Source: a virus
Lineage: Duplodnaviria > Caudoviricetes
Length of the DNA stretch: 64,000 bases
Virus record (IMG/VR): IMGVR_UViG_3300037453_000171
Span: 35,881-99,880 of that record
Direction: 5' to 3' (one strand)
Part shown: one piece after another, positions 39,101 to 48,295 of the stretch
Layout of the letters: the number at the start of each line of letters is the position of its first letter
Numbering within the stretch: position 1 is the stretch's first letter
The notes under the pieces: generated by a model
Database searches by the model: none
What the model was told of the DNA's origin: nothing
The model's input: the letters and a program-made list of their open reading frames with translations, nothing else
Translations under genes and position numbers: made by a program

Positions 39101-41017
39101 GCGAAGAGATGCAGATGAATCCGTGAATATCAATTTCTGCTCATCATTATCCGATATAAGCGCATTAAGCGAATACAGAATCCGATCCGAGAATTCGTAA
39201 TTGAGAGGGAAGCTTCCATCAAGCGCCTTTGCAAGAATAACAGTAGCGCCAACAAAGTATCGATTTGGTGCAAGAGTTGTATCGCACCAGATGCGATATA
39301 TAATCATCGCATAATCGTACTCGTTAAGACCATCAAAATCCTCCTTATACTTCTTGTCAGAGGCATAATCTTCAAATACATAATATGGATGAGGAGAATT
39401 CTCGGTCTCCCAATAATTGCAATCTATTTCTCCAGTTGATGATGTCGAATTGTGAATTGGTTCGAAGTGCTTCCAGGCGTACTCGGAATTCCTCGGACGC
39501 ATCATCCAGGAAGAAGCAGAGTATAGCCGATTCATATATCTGTTCCAGACATTGAACACGGTAGGACAAACGATGCCTTGAGCTTTGATCGCACGATCGG
39601 CGTAGGTTGCTTCGGCAATCATCAGCTGCGCAGTGCTGTATTCCTTCGTACGCATCATTCTGACCACCTCAACAGGAAGCGTACATTTGGCGATGATTCT
39701 CGTGATGGAATCATCCGTCATCTCCGGATACAGAGGATTAACCTTGTCTCCGATCCAGAATGCATCCGTCATCGTGCCGTCCTTTTTATGGAACGTCAGG
39801 GCGAACCGGTACTTCTCTCCTCCCTTGAACGAAGTTATCTCGGACGAGGAATAGACAAGCTGGCTGTTATACGAATAGTTTCCTCCACCAGTTTCGTTCG
39901 GAATCTTGTTGTCCGTATCGTATACGAATTCGATATACGCGCACTCCCAAGGGGTCTTGCCGTCTTCGACATTATGATCGAACATATACTGTTTCAGTAC
40001 GCTCTCGACAGCATCATAATCCCGGTCAACGGAAGACAAGTTACCAAGAAACAACGTCTGGTCCTTGTGCGCAAGCGTATTAGCCACAACATGCTGGCTT
40101 CCGAGATACAGAAGCTTCGAGGAGTCTACGGCGGTAAGATGAGAATTGTTGTCAACGACAGTAGCGGAACCTCCGTCAGTCTTTCCGTCGAACACGATAT
40201 AGGCAACAGTAGTTCCGTTCAGTGCGCTGCGGAAAACGGAATAGACGCGGAAATAAGAAAAGCGCTGATCCAGATTGCTGATGCTGAGCATGACGGAATT
40301 GTTGTTCGTTCCGTCTGCTGCTCCACCGGATGCGACAGGAGAAAGATAAACCAGATCGGATATCCAGACATAGCCAGACTCCTGACCATGCTTGTTATAA
40401 TAGGTCAGAAGATACTGAACGACACCATTCGCTCTTGTATTACCGGAGTTATCTTTCGATATCTCTACACCGACATCGAACTTGGCTATACGATTGGAAT
40501 CGAAGTATGTTTCATCGTAGACATTCGCGCTTATCTGCCAAGGATATAATCCATTCACCGGTTCAGCTACGAAGTTCATGAACCGGAGGACGTTCTTTCC
40601 GTCTACCCAGTAGATCTTCTGGATCTCATCCGTTTCATGATAGACAACGGACTCGATAGGATTTTCAGTAGATAGGTTAAGATTACCGCGGAAAAGAACA
40701 ACGGCAGAAAAATCAGGGCTCTTGGCCTTGTCGTACTCGATCCGATAAATTCTGTCAACGGAAGGGTCTTCATGGGTGAAAAGTATGATGTATTCGTTGA
40801 GGACATTCCATCCGATCAAAACCTCTTCCGGCTTGATGATGACATTCAGCGGAACTTCCTTGTTGCCTCGCTCGTTGGTGACGGACAGAAGCGTATCATG
40901 ATCCCGGGCAAGGATGCGGATGTTATGGTTTTCGTATGCAGAAGACTCGCCCACCTTGGAGATGGACGTATCCCGGTTCATGCCTTTGTTCTGTAAGACG
41001 AATGCCTTCTGTTTCAT
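36173..41017 (-). CDS. Tail stabilization/muzzle protein (P22 gp10-like)
   Basis: 1614 aa; GMNRDTS...YENHNIRI N-terminus; KIYWVDG; KKFRIWR...DRIRNPW C-terminus; gene order. Confidence 0.82.
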   Translation of the reverse strand: MKQKAFVLQNKGMNRDTSISKVGESSAYENHNIRILARDHDTLLSVTNERGNKEVPLNVIIKPEEVLIGWNVLNEYIILFTHEDPSVDRIYRIEYDKAKSPDFSAVVLFRGNLNLSTENPIESVVYHETDEIQKIYWVDGKNVLRFMNFVAEPVNGLYPWQISANVYDETYFDSNRIAKFDVGVEISKDNSGNTRANGVVQYLLTYYNKHGQESGYVWISDLVYLSPVASGGAADGTNNNSVMLSISNLDQRFSYFRVYSVFRSALNGTTVAYIVFDGKTDGGSATVVDNNSHLTAVDSSKLLYLGSQHVVANTLAHKDQTLFLGNLSSVDRDYDAVESVLKQYMFDHNVEDGKTPWECAYIEFVYDTDNKIPNETGGGNYSYNSQLVYSSSEITSFKGGEKYRFALTFHKKDGTMTDAFWIGDKVNPLYPEMTDDSITRIIAKCTLPVEVVRMMRTKEYSTAQLMIAEATYADRAIKAQGIVCPTVFNVWNRYMNRLYSASSWMMRPRNSEYAWKHFEPIHNSTSSTGEIDCNYWETENSPHPYYVFEDYASDKKYKEDFDGLNEYDYAMIIYRIWCDTTLAPNRYFVGATVILAKALDGSFPLNYEFSDRILYSLNALISDNDEQKLIFTDSSASLRVLVHNLKSWHNDKPLDVNLRKESAYTHIVEEIHKNYEFFDVNELVSLSTFRNTWCSVAADTGNTNKWWFFNNSLSSSSYTSIENAVSDNGGNSITRWYPLGEESAFGDGDNYAPSYYKKHLEFIDENVITLNSPEIEYEAVSFDQVNKYRFRIVGVAAINSNYSDYVVDATPGKYAGENLVREQLGNTLISWPLWKENTLDEKWFEDDDSDKPRDVEEDPRFRDSYDYKWGGGYARYWLHMWNHSGKIIGFTDIENNDYSRLIRKVFANSRYSNKTCYDVYKNSHRWSVEPDSIRIFNYTSSQYVGIKIDSDTKYYDGILNDSLSLPGEHKYPVLKSLGIPDPTKAIKITDDSDLYLADPVSITYSSTPHVVISLPTEIKPDGGKNYYQQTILPRILDREIVSVATASESDTGALIPWIDNKATTSYPYKDYSVVQDELDIPDGTLSGDSPKYLYIGEIYFPINDDDEIRYGGTTDAAIQNNRFLVAGPQYLISDMVGDGSDVMIANQADTYIQRWDCLKTKPYSTGAVNNVIDITSVMLETHINIDGRTDLQRGTSYIASIDAEKFGQLNPVYSQHNNFITQRDLDEDFNLDSYRSSITWTMEKHDSEDVDEWTHITLASSLKLDGDKGECQALRRFNNTIIAFQDHAISEILFNSRTQLTTADGVPVEIANSGKVDGKRYITNNYGCTNKWSIVEGKSALYFVDNINKAFCAFGGQGIQPLSDTLGFSTWFKRNNTLESWNPVRFNNIVSFYDRIHSDVYLVKRNDSENQPCLVYNEALGAFTSFFDYCKVPMMVNVKDRFVSFRDGHLWKQNEGLYGNFFGYQYGFWTWYRVTPDPYLDKIWTNIDYRADFYQVLDDYGTAVVPEEELINGDRSGEIVDQYKEWETFTDYRVWNEYQTTGYVPFTHEKFDRDDVRKKFRIWRLAIPRAIKEGTNRHGMDRIRNPWINILFRKENQDGRNLMQLHDIVVKYFE

Positions 41018-41020
41018 ACA

Positions 41021-41758
41021 CTAATGTCTTTTCCAGATTTCCTTTGCACCAGTATCGAAGAACGACTTCCAGTGTGCGTTGTTCCTCGGGAGCAAGGTCT
41101 TGAACGAATTGAACAAAGTTTCCGCGTGGTCAAGATCCAGACGGGAGAACTCGTTCTGCGCATCACCTGCAGACCAGCAATACTCCTGCTGCGCATTGGC
41201 GAACACCTGCGCTGATATCTTGCCCATGTCGAACTGGATGGTGAACCACTGAAGCTTGATGTAGTTCTCCAGACCACGGAGGAAACTCGCATTGTCCGGA
41301 AGCAGCGGATAGCCTTCATCGTCTACGGCGAAACCACGATAGGCGATCTCGACGTCGACATCCTTGGTAGAGGTGAAGATGACCATGCCCTGCGTCTTGT
41401 AAGTCAGCTCACCGGTAATGAACTCGCTCGGCTTGATGTCGGACATATGGAAGGAATGACCGGAAGCACGATAGACAGGACCGACAGGCTGGAACCTGTG
41501 ACAGCAGTCAAGCCAGCGCTTGGCGTGCTGGGAACCAGCCATCCTGACCTGGATCATCTGCTCGAAGTCGCAAGGCAGCTGACCACGCCAGTTATGTATC
41601 TCGACGATCGCCGTCTTCTCCTCGTACAGTCCTGGAGTACCCATCAGTCCGATGAAATCCACGGCGTATTCAACCGCAGTCTCGAACGGGATGTCCCGCA
41701 TCATCGGATGACGCATCACCCTGTCGAGTATCCTTCGTATATTGGTAGTCTGATTCAT
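41021..41758 (-). CDS. Tail ring / tubular protein (P22 gp4-like)
   Basis: IAYRGFAVDDEGYPLLPD; gene order. Confidence 0.75.
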   Translation of the reverse strand: MNQTTNIRRILDRVMRHPMMRDIPFETAVEYAVDFIGLMGTPGLYEEKTAIVEIHNWRGQLPCDFEQMIQVRMAGSQHAKRWLDCCHRFQPVGPVYRASGHSFHMSDIKPSEFITGELTYKTQGMVIFTSTKDVDVEIAYRGFAVDDEGYPLLPDNASFLRGLENYIKLQWFTIQFDMGKISAQVFANAQQEYCWSAGDAQNEFSRLDLDHAETLFNSFKTLLPRNNAHWKSFFDTGAKEIWKRH

Positions 41759-41759
41759 A

Positions 41760-42218
41760 TCAAATCATCTTGTCGTTAAATTCCATCGTGTACCACGGGT
41801 TCGTACCCTCATCATACTTCTTCTTCATCCTCTTGAACAGTTGCCTGTTCGCCACGAAACCATAGCATCTCAGGTTGCTGTTCTTGTCCTGGTTCGGAAG
41901 GAACGTTATTCCGAAAGCAATCGGGCTTCCGTCATACCGCTGATACTTCCAATCCCACTTGCCGTACCCGATGAACTTCTTCTTGCGGTACTTCGCCTTT
42001 CTTTTCATATACACAGGAGCGATTGAACCAAGCCCGGAAGGCAAGTCAACCATTCCCTCGCTTTCCATACATTCAGCCAGCATCTTGCAATAGTCCTTCA
42101 CCACCTTGGTGTAGGTCTGTATGTCCACGGGTTCGTTCTTCCTTGCCCTGCGAACATACAGTTCGTAACCGTCGGTGAAATCAGGATACCGCGCCTGCCC
42201 GCTGAACGCCAGTGTCAT
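41760..42218 (-). CDS. IHF/HU-like DNA-binding protein (crAss-type)
   Basis: Basic; VDLPSGLGSI; lies between ring genes as in crAss-like phages. Confidence 0.65.
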   Translation of the reverse strand: MTLAFSGQARYPDFTDGYELYVRRARKNEPVDIQTYTKVVKDYCKMLAECMESEGMVDLPSGLGSIAPVYMKRKAKYRKKKFIGYGKWDWKYQRYDGSPIAFGITFLPNQDKNSNLRCYGFVANRQLFKRMKKKYDEGTNPWYTMEFNDKMI

Positions 42219-42976
42219 TCCTCAACCTCCTGCTGTCTCGGTTTGTAACTACTGTTCTCTACGGGTCTGGGATGACGCTGCTGGGTAACTGATACATCTG
42301 CAAGACCATCCTTCGCATCGTTCTGCTTGTCCTGAGGAGCGTATCTGGAACCCATCAGTTCCTGGACCGTCAGTTCAATGCAGGAAGGAATGAGGGCCTG
42401 CTCCAGCGGAAATTCCATTTCCAGGATGTTGCACTTACCGGCACCGTCTCCGTCACAGGAAAGTTCAGCAGCCTTCTGCGGATCAGTGAACACCGCACTC
42501 ATCTTCAGGTTGCTCAGATACATGAACTGCGGATTGCTTCCGGTGACATACAGATGACCGTCATCGCTCTTGGCGGCATACAGGATCTTCTTCAGCCATT
42601 TGTTGTATCCGACATACGGCATCCGTTCCTTCGGAATGAAAGCCACGGTGCACTGAAGCATATCGCTGACGGTGGATATCTTCGCATTACTTACTCCGAT
42701 GGTATCCGGAATCTCCTCGATTGAACGGAGCCACATACCGGAACAACCAGCGGGAGACATCTCGTTCGGTTCGAGATGCAGGCAGATCTCCTGCGTGTTC
42801 TCGTCGGACATCTCCGTGAAGGTCTGGTTACGGGAGTTCTTATACTTCCGTTCCAGGAGAAGAGCCCGCATCTTCGAAGCAAGGAAGATGATATGTTCTT
42901 CGGTATAGTAGGCATCGTCATGAAGTTCTTTCATCATGTCGAGCACCATATACACGATCTGTCCAAAAGTAGTCAT
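42215..42976 (-). CDS. Tail ring protein
   Basis: RALLLERKY, RMPYVGYNKW, PQDKQNDAKD; gene order. Confidence 0.7.
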   Translation of the reverse strand: MTTFGQIVYMVLDMMKELHDDAYYTEEHIIFLASKMRALLLERKYKNSRNQTFTEMSDENTQEICLHLEPNEMSPAGCSGMWLRSIEEIPDTIGVSNAKISTVSDMLQCTVAFIPKERMPYVGYNKWLKKILYAAKSDDGHLYVTGSNPQFMYLSNLKMSAVFTDPQKAAELSCDGDGAGKCNILEMEFPLEQALIPSCIELTVQELMGSRYAPQDKQNDAKDGLADVSVTQQRHPRPVENSSYKPRQQEVEE

Positions 42977-42977
42977 A

Positions 42978-43340
42978 CTAAATCACTCTGATTATATCAT
43001 CCTCGGTATACCTGTCATCGTTGCCGGACCGGTCTTCGGTGATCCTGTTCTTCAGCGTACCCATGTATTCGTTGCGACCAAGAGTAACCTTCTCGACGCA
43101 GAACACGGAGTAAGGAAGCAGACAACCTCCACCGGCGAACAGCTTCCTCAACGCGTTGTCCAACACGTCATAGTCTTCCTCCGTGAAGAACCGGTGCGTA
43201 TAGTCCACGAAATCCAGAAGGAACATATACAGGAAGTACCGCTGCATCATGCTCGGCTTGATGTATCCCGTGTTCTTCAGGATATCGAAGTATTTGCCAG
43301 TCGTTTCAAGGGCCTTGCCCTCGTCAATCACCTGAATCAT
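42978..43340 (-). CDS. Putative tail hub protein
   Basis: YFDILKNTGY, GGGCLLPY; gene order. Confidence 0.55.
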   Translation of the reverse strand: MIQVIDEGKALETTGKYFDILKNTGYIKPSMMQRYFLYMFLLDFVDYTHRFFTEEDYDVLDNALRKLFAGGGCLLPYSVFCVEKVTLGRNEYMGTLKNRITEDRSGNDDRYTEDDIIRVI

Positions 43341-43347
43341 AACATTA

Positions 43348-43971
43348 CTATCTACAGCCGCAACCGGAACTTACAAGAGAAATGGAGCCGTTGATGGAAA
43401 CATCCGCCGGAGCGAGAAGGAACTTATCCCACAGATCGGAGACAAGGTTCCAGTCGCAGGTGGCCAGAGCCATCTTCAACGCGTTCCACAGCACGGCGAA
43501 ATGCTCGAAACCGGTCAGGTCGGGACAGGGATTGCATCCGTTGAACAGAGCGTTGACATAGTTCATTCCCCTGTCATAGAATGCCTTCCAGTCAAGGATT
43601 GCACCAATGCGGTAAGGGTTGTCCGAACCGCAAGGCATGTTCGTAATCTGGTAGGTAGGCTCACCCGCACACTTCACGATGACATAGAACAGTCCGTTGT
43701 CGAACGAATGGACACCCATCGTAGCCGCATCGGAATCCTTCAACCGATAATAGATGCGCTTCGCCTTGACCGTAGTGTCATCGTTCGTATTCTCCCAGAC
43801 AACGACGGCCTTCTCACCGGGAACTCCGGATGCCGGATTGGCGTTCTTGTAGTAATCCAGATAGACGGCTTCCACATACATATTCTTGAAGACATCGACG
43901 CGCTCGACCTCGAAGTCGATTATCAGGCAGCTCCTGTCATCAGATATCCTCAGTTCGTTGAAAGTAACCAT
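43348..43971 (-). CDS. Putative tail hub protein
   Basis: MVTFNELRI...PCG...C-terminal GCGC; gene order. Confidence 0.6.
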   Translation of the reverse strand: MVTFNELRISDDRSCLIIDFEVERVDVFKNMYVEAVYLDYYKNANPASGVPGEKAVVVWENTNDDTTVKAKRIYYRLKDSDAATMGVHSFDNGLFYVIVKCAGEPTYQITNMPCGSDNPYRIGAILDWKAFYDRGMNYVNALFNGCNPCPDLTGFEHFAVLWNALKMALATCDWNLVSDLWDKFLLAPADVSINGSISLVSSGCGCR

Positions 43972-43987
43972 AACATATTTATTTGTC

Positions 43988-43995
43988 CAAATGTA
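43988..43995 (-). promoter_or_regulatory. -7 promoter element TACATTTG for the tail genes
   Basis: caaatgta on the + strand upstream of ATG 43971. Confidence 0.55.
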
Positions 43996-44033
43996 AAAAG
44001 AAAAGGAGCTCGGACTTCAACCCAAACTCCTTT
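43996..44033 (-). terminator. Intrinsic terminator after the glycosyltransferase genes
   Basis: AAAGGAGUUUGGG-UUGAAG-UCCGAGCUCCUUU plus U tract. Confidence 0.7.
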
Positions 44034-44054
44034 AGTTATCAGACACAAGCATCT

Positions 44055-44810
44055 TTATTGTAAGCCGTAATGCTCGCGGAGGATCTTCTCCATCTCCGGC
44101 TTCCAGCCCTTGACGGAATTGGATATCCACATCTTCTTATCTATCATCTCCTTCAATACGTCCATATCGCTCTTCCTCTCCCACACTTTATACTGATAAT
44201 CATTCGGCTCCTCTTCTATCACAACATAGTCTGAATCAGCGAAATAGGTATTGAAGTACAACTGTTCGACAACGCGGCTGTGGTCATCGCAGTTGTATTT
44301 GTCATAGATATCCAGAAGCTTATCCCATTCATAATAGACGGGAAGGTGGCATACCCAGTTCATCGTAGGAAGCCGATGCTTCATCAGGATTTTCTTCGTC
44401 CTGTAGTTGTCGACCACCCACGCATTGGCAGATGTGAACGAACCTTCTATCTGCATTTTCCTGACCTTCGGCTTCTTGACATCTTCCAGCGTGAAATCCT
44501 TCACGGCATAGATATCATCACAGGTATAGATGAATCCTTCAGAATCAGGATAGGCGTTGAACACCGTCCTGAACTTATTGACGTGATCGATATGAGCCCA
44601 GTAGTTTCCCTTGCCGGGCCACTTGACCCTCGGGCATTCGATAAACACGATGTCGTCGCCCGTATCGACTACGGGATGGCGGTCTCCGACCACGACAATG
44701 AAGAAATCCTCCTTGAAATGCTTCCTCCATCCGGCGACGGCAAGTTCGAGTTCCGTACCCTGGGCGTCCTTGGCCAGATACGGTATCACGACCATTACCT
44801 TGCTTTCCAT
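44055..44810 (-). CDS. GT-A fold / Stealth-like sugar(-phosphate) transferase
   Basis: VVIPY; ELELAV; IVVVGD; FIYTCDDIYAVK; CHLP. Confidence 0.55.
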   Translation of the reverse strand: MESKVMVVIPYLAKDAQGTELELAVAGWRKHFKEDFFIVVVGDRHPVVDTGDDIVFIECPRVKWPGKGNYWAHIDHVNKFRTVFNAYPDSEGFIYTCDDIYAVKDFTLEDVKKPKVRKMQIEGSFTSANAWVVDNYRTKKILMKHRLPTMNWVCHLPVYYEWDKLLDIYDKYNCDDHSRVVEQLYFNTYFADSDYVVIEEEPNDYQYKVWERKSDMDVLKEMIDKKMWISNSVKGWKPEMEKILREHYGLQ

Positions 44811-45496
44811 AATCTCTTGTATATCTGCGGATTCATTTTCTTGATCTTGAGGACTTCGAGCGCGCGCCTCTTGTCGGCTTCATGTACGCGGGAATCCTTA
44901 CGGACGCGATAGTCGACAAGAACTTCGTCTATGTTTACGACGTGTGCGTTTCCGTGCAGAAGCCTCAACCAGAATTCCCAGTCCTCGTACATCGTTCCGT
45001 CGCGATAGCCGCCGACCCTCTGCCAGTCGCTTTTCCTGTAGCAGGACGTATTCTGCGGAGTGCATTGAATCGTCAAATTGACGAACCCCTTCCACTTCCG
45101 CTTCTGTATCTTGATCGGTCCGTCCTCGTCGAAGTTCTGTCTAGCGGGAACGAGAAGCGAAGCGTCGGGATGTGCGTACCAGAACTCGAAGAACCTCTCT
45201 ATCGCCTGCGGTCTCAACTTGTCGTCCGCATCGAGGGGAAGGATGTATTTCCCACTGGCAACGAGTATTCCTACGTTCCTCGCGTTGGCGACTCCGCCGT
45301 TTTCTATATGCCTGACAATGAATCGCTTGTCTCCATCCGTCTCATTATCTATGATGCTTCCAGATTCGTCGGTACTACCGTCGTCGACGATGACACACTC
45401 CCACTTGTCGGAAGTCTGCGCCTTGACGGAATCGATCGCCTCCTTAACGAATGCCTCGCCGTTATAGCACGGAATGATGATAGATATGATATCCAT
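44795..45496 (-). CDS. Family 2 glycosyltransferase
   Basis: ISIIIPCYN, IVDDGSTD, NGGVANARNVG, LDADD, EDWEFWLR. Confidence 0.92.
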   Translation of the reverse strand: MDIISIIIPCYNGEAFVKEAIDSVKAQTSDKWECVIVDDGSTDESGSIIDNETDGDKRFIVRHIENGGVANARNVGILVASGKYILPLDADDKLRPQAIERFFEFWYAHPDASLLVPARQNFDEDGPIKIQKRKWKGFVNLTIQCTPQNTSCYRKSDWQRVGGYRDGTMYEDWEFWLRLLHGNAHVVNIDEVLVDYRVRKDSRVHEADKRRALEVLKIKKMNPQIYKRLWKAR

Positions 45497-45505
45497 AAAT
45501 TGAAA

Positions 45506-45529
45506 TGGGGCGAGATATCTCCCGCCCCA
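45506..45529 (-). terminator. Hairpin/terminator after the auxiliary capsid gene
   Basis: TGGGGCG...CGCCCCA inverted repeat. Confidence 0.55.
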
Positions 45530-45536
45530 AATTCGT

Positions 45537-46643
45537 TCAACCAAGACCTGGCGTTATCGATGGAAATGCCACCGTGCCAACGGCGGAAGCTGACTCAGAC
45601 ACACCAGCCATGGCGGCGGCGATGGCATCGTAGAGGTCATCGGCATCGCTGGTAGCCTGGGAACCGGAACCGGAAACCTCGCAGGCGAACTGGATCATCC
45701 GCGGGCTCTTCTGGATGTTCTCGGCGTTACCCTGCCAGGCGAACTCGACGCTGACGATATCGTAGGACTTGGTGAGGTCCACGAGATAGGTCGGCTCGTA
45801 GTTGTGCGGATACCAGTAGCCACGGAACTGGTCGCCGCGCTCACCAAGAGCGAAGTGCTCGAGGTCGGCAATGGTATAGACGCTCGGGATAGCAGCCGGA
45901 GCAATCGAAGTGCCCAAGTAGCTATTAACAGCAGCGACAGTGTGCAGCGGAAGACTGCCAGAGTCAACCATCTCCTTGGCCCAAGCCACATCGTCGTCGT
46001 GAAGACGAGAAGTGAAGGTAAGGTCAAAGACCTCCTTGCTCATGATACCACGACGATAGTCACCGGGAGCCGGAACGATAACGATACCCGTAGCGCTGGA
46101 AACACTGTTGTTAGCAGCAACGGCCTCGGTAGCAGTACCGCTCTTGACGAGATACACCTTATACGGAGCCTTCTTGGTGAACTTCGGCATATTTTTCACG
46201 ATTTCGCCAGCAAGCGCATTCAGGAAAGCGGAAACGCTGGCAGTGTTGGTAGAAGTGCCAACCAGAGAAACCGTGACGGGATAGAAGTCGTTCATATCGT
46301 AAGACATCACCTGATGAAGATTGATCGTCAGGGTGAAAGTCTTGTCGACAAGAGCATTGGAAGTAACGAAATCCGCAGCATCTGTGTCAACCGTAAGAGC
46401 AAGAGCCTGAAGCGGAATATCCATCTCAGCGGCCTTCGTCTTCTTGAGGCTGATGATGCTCTCCGGACGGATGAGGTCAGTCCGGGTCAGCTGCTCGTCA
46501 CCATTGAAGTACTTGAAGAAGATCTCACCGTTATCCTTGGCGGTGCCCATCGCCAGTTCACCAGCGGAATCGGGCTCGCCGGAAGCCAGGAAGTCCTTCA
46601 CGACGTACAGGTTGCGAGTCTGATAAGTGTTGAAATTTGCCAT
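45537..46643 (-). CDS. Auxiliary capsid protein (crAss-type)
   Basis: QTRNLYV; IADLEHFALGERGDQFR; strong codon bias; start MANF at 46643. Confidence 0.75.
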   Translation of the reverse strand: MANFNTYQTRNLYVVKDFLASGEPDSAGELAMGTAKDNGEIFFKYFNGDEQLTRTDLIRPESIISLKKTKAAEMDIPLQALALTVDTDAADFVTSNALVDKTFTLTINLHQVMSYDMNDFYPVTVSLVGTSTNTASVSAFLNALAGEIVKNMPKFTKKAPYKVYLVKSGTATEAVAANNSVSSATGIVIVPAPGDYRRGIMSKEVFDLTFTSRLHDDDVAWAKEMVDSGSLPLHTVAAVNSYLGTSIAPAAIPSVYTIADLEHFALGERGDQFRGYWYPHNYEPTYLVDLTKSYDIVSVEFAWQGNAENIQKSPRMIQFACEVSGSGSQATSDADDLYDAIAAAMAGVSESASAVGTVAFPSITPGLG

Positions 46644-46672
46644 AAGCTTATGAGTTTTAATTGATTCGATTA

Positions 46673-47362
46673 TTATGATGTCCAAACTGCCTTAGCCATC
46701 CTGACCGCTTCCTCGAGGATCGCCTGATGGAGATACTCGTTCAGCTTGCAGGTCTTCGCTTCGGTTTCGCCTTCGATGGAAAGTCCGTCCTCCAGGTCAC
46801 AGAGGATGATGGGTTCCGGCTTGCGGAGATACCGCACGACATACTTGACCACCTCGTTGTCGCTGATAAGTTCAGAGAAGTTCTGATGGTACAGGTCGTT
46901 TCCGTCTGCATCTGCGGAACCGTAGGACAGGCGAAGCACCCTGTCGTTGTTCTGCCGCTTGAACGGATTGCGGTAAGTGCGCCAGAATTCATCCTGCGTG
47001 ACCGGAACGACAATCGCCTGCTTCGTTCCACAACCCGCCACGTTCACGGTACACATCTCGAGCGTCCTGAACAGAAGGTCTTCGGGGAGTTCGAACACCG
47101 TTGAATTATCTACGATCTTGGGAGCACAGGTTAACTTCTGGCATTCGTGCTGGCAGACCAGGGCGTTGAGATATGCAGTCAGCTCCTCGGTCTCCTCGAA
47201 CGAATGCTTGAAGGTCCCGTTGTACAGTCCTATCACGACAGCGTACTCGGCTTTCGTCAGGAACACGCTCTTTTCGTACGCGTTCAATCCGGGGGCCTGA
47301 TTGCTCGTTATGTTCTGGTACAACAGGTCAAACCCGTTCTCCCATTCTTCGCAGTTTTTCAT
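46673..47362 (-). CDS. Tail ring / head-tail adaptor protein
   Basis: NITSNQAPGLNAYEKSVFLTKA; YLRKPEPIIL; LHQAILEEAV. Confidence 0.75.
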   Translation of the reverse strand: MKNCEEWENGFDLLYQNITSNQAPGLNAYEKSVFLTKAEYAVVIGLYNGTFKHSFEETEELTAYLNALVCQHECQKLTCAPKIVDNSTVFELPEDLLFRTLEMCTVNVAGCGTKQAIVVPVTQDEFWRTYRNPFKRQNNDRVLRLSYGSADADGNDLYHQNFSELISDNEVVKYVVRYLRKPEPIILCDLEDGLSIEGETEAKTCKLNEYLHQAILEEAVRMAKAVWTS

Positions 47363-48270
47363 TAGGCATTCTTGTTCTTTCCGACCTCGCTTTCAAGGAT
47401 GAACTTGATATCCTGATGCGACGGAAGGTTGATGTATCTTGCGGCGATGGACAGCGTAGGATCTTCGCCACCGTCACAGAGCGGAGAGTTGTCGGACTTC
47501 AAGTAGTAGTAATCACCACGCTTGGTAAGTACTCCGACCTCCGTTCCACGGCGGAGAAGGACCTTCGCGTGAAGGAGAGGATCCGTGATAGTATTGAGGA
47601 ACTTCTTCGGATCGTTCTGGATGAGCTGGCTGATGCGGGACTTCAGGAACACGGCCTTCTCGTTAGGCGAGTAAGGTCTGGCATCGAGCAGTTCGACAAG
47701 GACGCGCATGGTGTCCAGGTCGTTCTCGATCTTGCCGAATTCCTTGTAGCTCTGCATCGTAGCATCCATCTTGCTGGTCTCGATGGCGTCCTCTTCGCTT
47801 TCGCGGACAAGTTCGAACTGGTACGTGTTCTTCGGTCTGTCAAGCCTTTCCTGTACGGAAGGCGCGATGAACTCGGAGTTCGCAAGAAGCACCTTGTACT
47901 TGATGTAATCCTCCGGGTCTGCGAGGTTGAGGTGAAGACCTTCCTTCGCGTTGTCGATGCGGACCATGTAATTGTCCCAGTAGTTGTTCTCCTTCTTATA
48001 AACGGACAAGGCGTTGTAGTCAAGGCCAAGGGCTTCCTCGAGGAAATCCTTCTCCGCATTGGTGAGGATATTCTTATACTGTCCCGTGGACCGGAGAGTC
48101 GGAACCACGAAACAGACATAAGCCCCGTCCACCTTTCCGCCGGAACAGACGTGGTTCTTCGGAAGACCGTTGTCCTTCGGCACAAAGCGGACGTAGATTT
48201 TCTCGTTCCTCAGCGGATTGACCTTGACTTCGCTCACCTCTTCTTTGGTTTTGGCAGTTTTTCTTTCCAT
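47362..48270 (-). CDS. Conserved crAss-like protein downstream of the MCP
   Basis: LNLADPEDYIKYKVLLAN; gene order. Confidence 0.7.
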   Translation of the reverse strand: MERKTAKTKEEVSEVKVNPLRNEKIYVRFVPKDNGLPKNHVCSGGKVDGAYVCFVVPTLRSTGQYKNILTNAEKDFLEEALGLDYNALSVYKKENNYWDNYMVRIDNAKEGLHLNLADPEDYIKYKVLLANSEFIAPSVQERLDRPKNTYQFELVRESEEDAIETSKMDATMQSYKEFGKIENDLDTMRVLVELLDARPYSPNEKAVFLKSRISQLIQNDPKKFLNTITDPLLHAKVLLRRGTEVGVLTKRGDYYYLKSDNSPLCDGGEDPTLSIAARYINLPSHQDIKFILESEVGKNKNA

Positions 48271-48295
48271 AATTATCTTCTCCTATTGTTACAGA

